IMG/VR virus record: IMGVR_UViG_3300009702_000018
Location: 1-64,000 of that record
Reading direction: 5' to 3' (one strand)
Origin: a virus
Length of the DNA: 64,000 bases
The notes beneath the pieces were generated by a model. That model was given only the letters and a program-made list of their open reading frames with translations, made no database searches and was not told the origin of the DNA. The stretch's first letter is position 1. Each line of letters begins with the position of its first letter. Made by a program: the position numbers and the translations under genes. Below are positions 28,647 through 38,200 of the stretch, piece after piece.

Positions 28647-29657
28647 ATGAATTATTTAAATCTTATAACTAACATATATATCAATAACTTAAAGAAAAAT
28701 AAGAAAGTTATCAATTATATCCATAGTAGAGGAATAAATGATAAGACAATTAAAAGATTTAAATTAGGTTATTGTAATAATAATATAGGTTTTAAAACTT
28801 TAAGTAATAAATATGACAAAAAATATCTTTTAGCTACAAAATTATTTAAAGAAAAAAATAATGAAATTTATGATATTTTTTATAATAAAATTACAATTCC
28901 TATTATAATTAAAGATAATGTAGTTTTTATTACGGGAAGATCATATCCAGAAAATGGAAAATTAAAACATCTTCATATGCCTGGAAAAATTGAATATGCG
29001 ATTAATCATGACATATTAGAAAAATCACAATATGTAGTTTTAACAGAAGGACCATTTGATTGTTTTACATTAGATCAAAATAATATTTCAAGTATAGGAT
29101 TATTGGGTGCTTATCGATTAACAAGAACAATTATTTCTGATTTAAGAGATAAAGATGTTTATATAGCTTTTGATAATGATATTCATAGTCAAGGGCAAAA
29201 TGCTGCATATAAAATGGCATCTAAATTAATACGATTTAGAATAAAATCTAAAATTATAACACTTCCTTCAGAAGATAATAAGAAAATGGATATTAATGAA
29301 TATTTCAAAACACATAATAAAAGAGACTTTTTATTATTAATGAAAAAAGCAAAATCTTTTAATAAAAAAATAACAAGAAAAAAAAGAATGAAACGACATA
29401 ACATAGATATTGTTTCAACTTTATCTAAATATATAGATTTAATTCCATCGGGCGATCGATTTAAAGCCATTTGTCCATTCCATTCTGATTCACATCCATC
29501 TTTAATGGTATTTCCAGAGAGTCAAAGTTATTATTGTTTTGGTTGTGGAGCGGGGGGAGATGCTATAAATTTTATTAAAAAGATAGAAGAAAACCGTGGT
29601 AATAAAATGAATTATCAGGAGACAGTAAAATTTTATGAAAAAAATCACATTGCTTGA
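28647..29657 (+). CDS. DnaG-type primase with C-terminal CHC2 zinc finger
   Basis: RGI...FKLGY, TEGPFD, AFDND, KMDINE, then CPFH...PS...YYCFGCGAGGD. Confidence 0.88.
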   Translation: MNYLNLITNIYINNLKKNKKVINYIHSRGINDKTIKRFKLGYCNNNIGFKTLSNKYDKKYLLATKLFKEKNNEIYDIFYNKITIPIIIKDNVVFITGRSYPENGKLKHLHMPGKIEYAINHDILEKSQYVVLTEGPFDCFTLDQNNISSIGLLGAYRLTRTIISDLRDKDVYIAFDNDIHSQGQNAAYKMASKLIRFRIKSKIITLPSEDNKKMDINEYFKTHNKRDFLLLMKKAKSFNKKITRKKRMKRHNIDIVSTLSKYIDLIPSGDRFKAICPFHSDSHPSLMVFPESQSYYCFGCGAGGDAINFIKKIEENRGNKMNYQETVKFYEKNHIA

Positions 29658-29823
29658 ATTTAAAGATAAAAAATATATACTTCGAGATAAAATGTATATA
29701 GAATTAATGAAATTGTCGCATGGGGAATTATCTCCTGATAATCATATGAGAATTCATAAACTTATTTCTAAATATTGTCAAAAATATGAAAAATTATTAA
29801 AAGAATTTTATGAGATAAAATGA
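29635..29823 (+). CDS. Hypothetical protein
   Basis: Fills the gap; GGAG upstream. Confidence 0.45.
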   Translation: MKKITLLEFKDKKYILRDKMYIELMKLSHGELSPDNHMRIHKLISKYCQKYEKLLKEFYEIK

Positions 29824-30263
29824 AAGAATCAATATTTGCAAATGAAATAAAAAAAGCATGTTCTACTTTTGATTGTTTTTATTATAAAATACCCGATGCA
29901 TATGGGATGGCAAGATTTTCTCCTCCAAAACCATTTGATGCTTTTGTAGTATATAAAGGAAAGTATTATGCATTTGAATATAAAATGGTTAAATCACAAA
30001 CTGCTTTTGCATTTAGTAGAGTTAGACCTCATCAAATAGATAATTTAATGAAAGTATGGAAAAATGGGGGAGAAGCATTTATTGTAATTAATTATCGAAT
30101 GAAATCATTTAATAAAGTATTTTGTATCCCCATTATTACACTTATAGAAATAATAAAAAAATCTGAGAGAAAGTCTATTCCCTTTAATTTAATGGAAAAA
30201 TATTCTATAGAAATTCGCAAGAAAAAAACTTGGGATGTTGAATCATTTTTGAACAAATTTTGA
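29820..30263 (+). CDS. Holliday junction resolvase, RecU-like
   Basis: ESIF, KIPD, PFD, AFEYK, HQ, GGEAF. Confidence 0.8.
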   Translation: MKESIFANEIKKACSTFDCFYYKIPDAYGMARFSPPKPFDAFVVYKGKYYAFEYKMVKSQTAFAFSRVRPHQIDNLMKVWKNGGEAFIVINYRMKSFNKVFCIPIITLIEIIKKSERKSIPFNLMEKYSIEIRKKKTWDVESFLNKF

Positions 30264-30734
30264 TGGAAATATTTTTAAAAATCCTATATATCCCTTTACC
30301 CACATTCTAACATATTTCATATCTATATTTGGGCAAGTTTTTCCTTGAGCTTTACCCGTTGGTGTCTCATAATGTCCCAATAATCTATTGATAGGTAACT
30401 TATATTCAATTAACAAATGAGCTAATAATTTGAAAGTCATATGTAATTCCATAAAAGGGAAATATTTTATACCAATCATACAAACACCAATTGAATGTTT
30501 ATTCATCCCTTTTACATGTGCCCCAATTTCAGAATCTTTTCTACCTTTTTCTACAACTCCCACTTCTGCTCTTTTCTGATGAATATATTGATGATAAGTT
30601 CTATAACCATTTAAAACAACATAATGATAACCAATTTTTTTCCAACCCCTTGCTTTATGCCAAGCATCTATTACTTTGGCATCACCCCATTCCGAATCAC
30701 TGCAGTGAAGAATTATATAATTTATTCTCCTCAT
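30243..30734 (-). CDS. Endolysin, N-acetylmuramoyl-L-alanine amidase (Amidase_2, T7-lysozyme-like)
   Basis: ILHCSD, WH...RGW...IGYHY, GAHVKG, SIGVC, GH, KTCP. Confidence 0.92.
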   Translation of the reverse strand: MRRINYIILHCSDSEWGDAKVIDAWHKARGWKKIGYHYVVLNGYRTYHQYIHQKRAEVGVVEKGRKDSEIGAHVKGMNKHSIGVCMIGIKYFPFMELHMTFKLLAHLLIEYKLPINRLLGHYETPTGKAQGKTCPNIDMKYVRMWVKGYIGFLKIFPSKFVQK

Positions 30735-33700
30735 ATTGTACCACCATCAAGAGCAGTCCAAGAAAACTTGCCTATTGCACTATCTTTTAATAATACACTT
30801 ATTGCCGAAGTAGAATAAGTAATTTTATGAGGATAAAGATAGGCGAACGTTGAAGCATTATAATATTCCAAACCCAACATCACAGTAATTGATCTTGCAT
30901 TATTAAATGCCGAATCTGCAAATTGCATAGTAAATGTTGGATTTGTTTTTGGTGGAACATCACGATATTCCCCAGTAATATAGTTCCATGATGCACTATC
31001 AAAAGTTGAAGTTGCAACACTGGTTGCCCACAATTTAACAAGACAACCTGGATACCTAAGGTTAGGAGCTTCTATACTCAAACCATATTCAAAACTTCCA
31101 TATATAGATTGTGATGTTGATGATAATGAAGTAGCACCAAAAGTTGAACTATCAGAAGTATCATATATTTTCAGATAATCTCTATGAATTAAACCATTTT
31201 CTATATTTAAAGTATCTATTGTTTCATCTGTAAAACTAGATGCTTTTTCTTCATATAATATAGCATTGGCAATAAATCCTTTTGGAGTAGAACTACTAAT
31301 CCAATATTTAAGTTTCTGTGGATAAATACTTGCAAGACTATATGTTGAAGGTAATCCTGCAGTACTAAAAGTAATAGCATCTTGCGGAGAGATAATAATC
31401 ATAGGAGATTTAGGACTACCAAGCCATTCATAAAATCTTGAACCATATGATTGTGTTTCACCAAATATTCCAATTCCTTGTTCTATATGTTTTGTATAAT
31501 TCCACCCCGAACCAGTATCCATACCAGGAGCATGCCAATGAAAATTACTACTGGATAATAAAGCAAAAGAATGACTGGTATCTTCTTGTCCAATCACAAT
31601 TCTATTGGCGTCAGATTCATCTCCACTAACAATTAATTCTCCAGCATATAAATGCCGTCCGATCAAAGATTCAAATGCTACCGCATTTCCTCCCACACTA
31701 TTTCTTCCTAAATTGCCTTCTCCCACAAAATATCCTTCTGAAAATTCTGTTGCAGAAGTTCCTTCTTCTACTTGAATACCATCGATCATATACATACCAG
31801 GAGAATGATTATTGGTAAAAGACATTTTCCAATATCTAGATTTTTTATAATCAGAAAGCGAAGTTGAAATTGTTGTGGCATATCTTATCCATGTATTACC
31901 ATCAATTCCTATTGCGGTTGTATTTTGATAATCTAATGCCGAACTTGCACTAAAGGTTCCAATATGTTTCCATCTGGCATCTAAAAATTCAATATCAAAA
32001 CTGTTTACTGGCTTAAAATTAGAATATAATAAATTATACCAACTTATTGTTAATGGAATTGAAGTATCATTAATACTAACATATTCATATACAAGTTTGT
32101 CTCCTAATATTCCATATACAGATCTATGTCCCATAAATCTGTGAGTAGTAGTTGAAACTAATGTTCCCGATATATGTACAGAAGACCAATATAATGGAAA
32201 TTGAGTATTATAATCTAATACTTCAAAACTTCCATTGGCTACTTTGTTTTTTGTGTTAAATTCAAAAGGTTGTCTATAGCTATGAGTAGAAGCGACTTCA
32301 CTGGCGGGAGACAAATTCCCAAAATTATCTTTTCCTCTAATGGTATATTTATACAATGAATTATTCTCTAATCCTACATCATCAGTAAAAGTAACAATAT
32401 CTGCATTCACATGAGCATCTTGTTCACCAATCAAAACATCTTTTGATATCGTTAAACTGGAATCATTGAATAAGGTTTTATAAGATAAATAATCTTGTTT
32501 CACATCAGCAGAAGACCATATTGTTTTATCTATTCTAAAGTTTTGAATAATACCATTTGCCCCATATCCACTAACTGCTGCATTCATTCCCACATAAAAA
32601 CTAGAATAAGGAGTACTACAATAATAAGTAACCGCTGAATCAGATCTTATACCATTTACATATAAATATGATCTTACAGTATCCCATGTAGCCACAAGAT
32701 GAATTGGGTTTCCAGTGGAATAAGCAGTTGCAAATGAAATTAAACCCTGTTGTCCAGCACCATATGTCCCAAATCTAAATCCAACTGTCTTACGAGCATA
32801 TAAATTCATATAATATCCATCACCTACAGAGGGAGTTTGCCATAAAACTTTAAAATCATTTCCTGTATTATAATCAAGATTTGGAGAATACCATAATCTA
32901 ATAGTTCCACATTCTTGATTTAATATGTCTGAACTACTTGTATATGTTAGTCCTGTTACTCCGCCACTGGTACTAACAAATCCAGGACAATATGGTAATC
33001 CACCAGCAATTTGAATACCTGCTATGTCCATATACAATTTATTAGTATCAACATTGCCAATTATTGTATTAATATTTGTATAAATAGGATCGATAAAAGA
33101 TTGATATAATGAATATCTTGCCCAAGAAGTAGTAAGAGTAAAAATAGCCGATGATAAAATTGTTCCACAATTTAATGTTAATTTAAATTGTTGTTCTGGT
33201 AATGGGCTTTTTGCCCAAATCGCTGCTACCCAATCCGTTTCTGATCCTCTATCGATAGAAGAACTTATGGCGCCACTTGAACCCTTTGTTACATCTAAAT
33301 GTGCATATCCAGTATTTGAAAATAAAGAATAACCAGAGATAGTAGAATAATGCGTTTTTGTAAGATTCCATGAAGCTGTGTCAGGATATAATGTGGGATT
33401 AGAAAATTCATTTGTTGCAGAATCAAGACATTCAATTCCATAATCAAATCTAATTTGATTTGGGGCATTTGCACTGGAATAATATCTTATTTGTCCATAT
33501 TCATGACTTGCTTGTTTTGTACCAGTATAATCTTTGCTATTATTTTCAAAATAAGTTTGAAACCCAGTTAAATGATTTCTGTCTACTTCATATTTATAAA
33601 ATAATTTAGCAACAACTTTGTCATTTGTGGAAGTTGAAAATATATAATGTTCTCCTAATTGCCCATAATGTACTCCATCAAATAAATATGAAGATGCTGG

Positions 33701-35272
33701 TCCAGCAGCAAACTTACCAAACAAAATCAATCCAATATATTTTGAATCACTTGGAATTAATAATGCATTTGCAGTTGGTTGATTAAAAATTTTCAATTGA
33801 AAAGTATTCCACGAATTTGAATCAGCGGGATTAATAGAATAAGAATAATCTTCAAAAGGAATAACAGTATTCAAAGTTTCAGTTCCATTGGTGCTGGAAT
33901 ATAATAACATTCTAAATCTTCCCACATGTGATGTAGAAAGTTCTTTCCAATTAAATCTTATATATTCTGGTTCAGATGTATCAACTAATAAAGAATAATC
34001 ATATCCTTGCCACAAATAAATTGAAGTATTTACTGATGTTTTATATGCATCAACTCGAGCACAATTACCATTATACATCCAATCTCCAGTATATGAATAA
34101 CTTGTGCCAACAGAAGCACTGGATAATCCATTTAGCCATTTTCCCTGATTCCAATCAGTTAAATCACTTCCTGAATAAGAACTAAAATCACTATTACTAA
34201 TTTTATTTGCTTTTGATAAAAAAGAACCATGAATATTTATTTCTTTATTACCTACTAATATTTTAGAGTCGCCATAAAATAAACTATTATTAGAAGTATC
34301 TAACTGAATTAAATCTGATAAACTTCTATTTGATTCCCAATTATTGATTTTAATTGATTTTTCTTCTCTTCTATATATATTGTAAGAATCAATTGGGAAT
34401 ATATAATTATTATTGATATTAATTTTATTAACAACATTATGAGTTATTGGATTAACGGTTGAAATAATTGGATTTGATGCATCAAATGTGGGAGTATAAG
34501 GGGCTAATACATTAGTGTTTTGAGAATGTGTTGTAACATTAGAAATATCCATTGATACATTTAAATAAGTATCTGATTTGATTTCTCCTGATTCTGGAAT
34601 AAGACTTTGTTTAATCGGCTTCCCATAGTCATTTACAAGTAATTGTTGAGCATCATTATCATAATTATATATTAAAATTATTAAATCTGTTGATACTTCT
34701 CCTATTGGAATAGAAAGGTCTATCCACTTATCATTTAATCCTGTTAATCCCGTATGATATAGAATTTGAAATTCAGAACTATTGGAATGGTGAACTTGTG
34801 CCCATACGGACATAGTAATATGATTACTTCCTATGCTAATCGGAAGATAAGTTTGTTTTGATCCATCTCCAGAAAAAGAAGACATAATAAATCCATTATA
34901 AAAAGCGGGAAGATCTCTTAATACAAAAGAACCATTACTTTCTCCTTTAATATCTGATTGGGTAATTGATACTCCCGAATATTTACCAGTTTGATACCAA
35001 AAAACATAATAATCTTTTAAATATTGATAAGTTGGATATTGTTCATCAAATATAGATTTATATAGTATTGGAAATATTTTATCATTACCAACAACATAAT
35101 TTTTTAAATAATAATAAGAAGTCCAAATAAATGGTTCTATTCTATTTGGAATATTTGTTTTATGTTGATTTTTCCTTGTAAAAACTGAACCAGATTTACT
35201 ATCAATTTTAACAAATCCTAAATCTTTTCTTGTTTGTTCAGCTATTTGCCTTTTAACTTTTTTATATAGCAT
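30731..35272 (-). CDS. Large tail or receptor-binding protein with carbohydrate-binding, LamG and FN3-like domains
   Basis: LamG pattern GTIRLW...HLVATWD...LYVNG; FN3-like YKYTIRGKDNFGNLS; NGSFE and IDGIQVEEG; start at 35272 by TAATG coupling. Confidence 0.75.
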   Translation of the reverse strand: MLYKKVKRQIAEQTRKDLGFVKIDSKSGSVFTRKNQHKTNIPNRIEPFIWTSYYYLKNYVVGNDKIFPILYKSIFDEQYPTYQYLKDYYVFWYQTGKYSGVSITQSDIKGESNGSFVLRDLPAFYNGFIMSSFSGDGSKQTYLPISIGSNHITMSVWAQVHHSNSSEFQILYHTGLTGLNDKWIDLSIPIGEVSTDLIILIYNYDNDAQQLLVNDYGKPIKQSLIPESGEIKSDTYLNVSMDISNVTTHSQNTNVLAPYTPTFDASNPIISTVNPITHNVVNKININNNYIFPIDSYNIYRREEKSIKINNWESNRSLSDLIQLDTSNNSLFYGDSKILVGNKEINIHGSFLSKANKISNSDFSSYSGSDLTDWNQGKWLNGLSSASVGTSYSYTGDWMYNGNCARVDAYKTSVNTSIYLWQGYDYSLLVDTSEPEYIRFNWKELSTSHVGRFRMLLYSSTNGTETLNTVIPFEDYSYSINPADSNSWNTFQLKIFNQPTANALLIPSDSKYIGLILFGKFAAGPASSYLFDGVHYGQLGEHYIFSTSTNDKVVAKLFYKYEVDRNHLTGFQTYFENNSKDYTGTKQASHEYGQIRYYSSANAPNQIRFDYGIECLDSATNEFSNPTLYPDTASWNLTKTHYSTISGYSLFSNTGYAHLDVTKGSSGAISSSIDRGSETDWVAAIWAKSPLPEQQFKLTLNCGTILSSAIFTLTTSWARYSLYQSFIDPIYTNINTIIGNVDTNKLYMDIAGIQIAGGLPYCPGFVSTSGGVTGLTYTSSSDILNQECGTIRLWYSPNLDYNTGNDFKVLWQTPSVGDGYYMNLYARKTVGFRFGTYGAGQQGLISFATAYSTGNPIHLVATWDTVRSYLYVNGIRSDSAVTYYCSTPYSSFYVGMNAAVSGYGANGIIQNFRIDKTIWSSADVKQDYLSYKTLFNDSSLTISKDVLIGEQDAHVNADIVTFTDDVGLENNSLYKYTIRGKDNFGNLSPASEVASTHSYRQPFEFNTKNKVANGSFEVLDYNTQFPLYWSSVHISGTLVSTTTHRFMGHRSVYGILGDKLVYEYVSINDTSIPLTISWYNLLYSNFKPVNSFDIEFLDARWKHIGTFSASSALDYQNTTAIGIDGNTWIRYATTISTSLSDYKKSRYWKMSFTNNHSPGMYMIDGIQVEEGTSATEFSEGYFVGEGNLGRNSVGGNAVAFESLIGRHLYAGELIVSGDESDANRIVIGQEDTSHSFALLSSSNFHWHAPGMDTGSGWNYTKHIEQGIGIFGETQSYGSRFYEWLGSPKSPMIIISPQDAITFSTAGLPSTYSLASIYPQKLKYWISSSTPKGFIANAILYEEKASSFTDETIDTLNIENGLIHRDYLKIYDTSDSSTFGATSLSSTSQSIYGSFEYGLSIEAPNLRYPGCLVKLWATSVATSTFDSASWNYITGEYRDVPPKTNPTFTMQFADSAFNNARSITVMLGLEYYNASTFAYLYPHKITYSTSAISVLLKDSAIGKFSWTALDGGTI

Positions 35273-38200
35273 TAAGCAAAATCCTCTCTTGTAAATACAG
35301 CCCAAACACTTGGATAAAAAGTTTCTCGATCTTCTATAAATATTTTGGTTAAATCCTCTGGTACCATATTCATAATTCTTTTAACTCTATCTGTATCCAT
35401 CCATGTAACATAACTGGTTCTATATTTAGGTTTATTTTTCCAACTCAAAAAATAGCCAATATTTGTTTGTTCGGTATCATGTGTTGTTCTGGAACCAGTT
35501 TTTAAATATAATCTACTTGGATGAGGAGCATATTCCCATGTAAGTTTTTTATAAAAATGTAAATAATCTTGTTCATACTTAGAAATATTATATGAGGGGT
35601 CATATTTATATCGATAAAGCCACTTATAATTTCCTTTAGGATTGATATATTCATAAAATCCATTATTGGTTGGAGTAATAATATATGGAAGATTACCATT
35701 CTTATATAATAGTAAATAAGCAAGATATTCATCTGATAAATCCCAATTATTATTTCTTCCACCATAAGTATTAATATCAAAATCGAATATATCAATATAA
35801 CCACCACTATCTCTTAATATATATATTTTTTTTTCTTGTTTAACTCTTCTTCCGCTTAAATCTACAAGGTTATTATCAAAAAATATTAAATTAGAAATCA
35901 ATAATACTAAATGCTTATTCTCTGGTACTTTAGGAATCATTTTTTGAAAATTTTCTTGTACATTTTCGGGAATAAAAGATAGTTTCCCATCCTGTTCTAA
36001 TTTTTTAGGATTAATATATAATTCTGTATTTGGCATAATTCGATCCAGAGATTGAGCTTCAGACAAAGGAATAATTGTATCTTTTATATCTACTTGAATA
36101 TGGGGGGTAACTTCATATTTTGCCGTATATGTAAATAAAGAAAATTGTCTAATATAACATTGGATACTTGGAATAAATATTCTTTGAATATCATCATAAT
36201 TATATGGATCTTTAGAAGTAATATGAAAAGACAAACCAGGTGATTTATTTGTTATAAAAGTACCAGCTACAGAATCATTTATAAAAACATAAGGATATAT
36301 ATTTGCTTTTATTAATCCATTTGATGTTGACCATTGTGAATTTGCGATAATTTCTTTTGAATTACCATAATATGCAGCAGAATTGTCAGAATTTATGTTA
36401 CCCCATCTATCAATTTTTAAAATATCTTCTAATTCGGCATAATACATATTTGAAGTTGAAAAAGACAAATTTACAGTTCCTGGATCCATTAAAAATTGTT
36501 TGATTATTCCTGTTTTACTTCCATAAGTATTAAGATAGCTTGCTCCAGAATCTTGTGTATAATACTTATGAACAGTATCTGGATCATCTCTAGGAATTAC
36601 TTTAACCATTGCATAATACATTCCATATGCTGTAGGATAATATGGCAATTTATAATTGGATCTTGCAAAATAGTCAGTTTTATATAAACTACCTTCATCT
36701 GCTGTCCTTAAACTATCATTATAATCTCCAACTCTATCAAATCCTCCCCAATAAAATTCATAATGACCAATTTCTTTTGTTTCATAGGTGGGATTTTTTG
36801 GAGATTGAGACACATTTGTCAAAGAATCAACTTTACAAGCTGTTATATTTGATATATTCATCGTATTCGATTCATCAATATAATTCCAAATATCAACCTC
36901 TACATCAGCATGTCTTAATAAATCAAATGATATTGTGGGGGGAAGTTGTGATTTAGAATAAGGATTATATCCTATAATAATATCATCATTTATTGCATGA
37001 GCATAAGCGGTTCCACTTTCCCCTAAACCTCTTTTATCTACTTTTAAAACAAAACTGGAACCAGAAGCATCTACACTATCATAATGAATAATTTCTCTAC
37101 CTAATAAACAATATCCATTGGGGGGAATAACAGTATTTGCATAATTCTCTACGCCAGCACTGGAAACATAAATATACGATCCTGTTGTACTTAAATCAAC
37201 TGTAATATAACTACTCCACCCTCCATTATGTACAGTCAGATTCCAAATATAATAACCATCAAATAATGCATCGACATCTATATCAGGAACACTCCAAAAA
37301 CTATTAACAGGTTTAATAGGTGATGTTTCTATTTGTGTAATATATGTTTTTTCAAATGAATTGGAAACTTTAGTAACCCATAAATAATTAGAGCTATCAA
37401 TTCCATATTTAAAATCATCTACAACAGCAATACAATCTCCTGGTTGAAGTTTTGGGTTGCCCACCATTGAAAAATTTGCATTCTCTTTTGGCGAACCATA
37501 ATCATTAACCACATTATAAGAAATAAAATCAGCCTGATGTTGATTTATAATAGAAGGATCTGTTATTATAGTATTTCTGGTATGTCCAACAAAGTTTGAA
37601 GCGGAAGCATTATAAATACTATTAAGATCTCTTGTGGCAGATTGAACATAAATAGATGTTTCATTATTTGGGTTAACAGCTATTTCATTTCCTGCACTAT
37701 CTGTATAAAATAAGGTTCCAAGTCTTTTTCCAATTACAATTGCTTCATTCCTTTGATTTTCATATTCAGTTGTTGTATTTAATTTTGAAATATTACCTTT
37801 ATGTTGAGAGTCTCCAGTATAAAAAATTTCAAGAGGTGTATTTAAATCTTGATCATAAGCCAACAATCCCTCTAAATATACAGGATAAGATGAATCAATT
37901 GATTCTACTTTTATATTATATTCATCATAAGGAAGTCCGTCAGCAATAAATAAATAAGAAGGATTTATTCCAGTATCATTTTGAACTCCATCAAAATAAA
38001 AATGAGATACACTATTATAAAGATTATGATAAGTTTCAGATAAAAGAGCCTCATCTTTTGAAATAGTAACTTTCATAGTATTCTTAGTATTATCAGAATA
38101 TCCCAATGTTGGTCCTACTCCAACTAATAAAGCAAACTTTTTTCCAGTTGCATTACAAGAAGCAATAGCTCCTTTATTATATGCTATTGATGTTTCTTGA

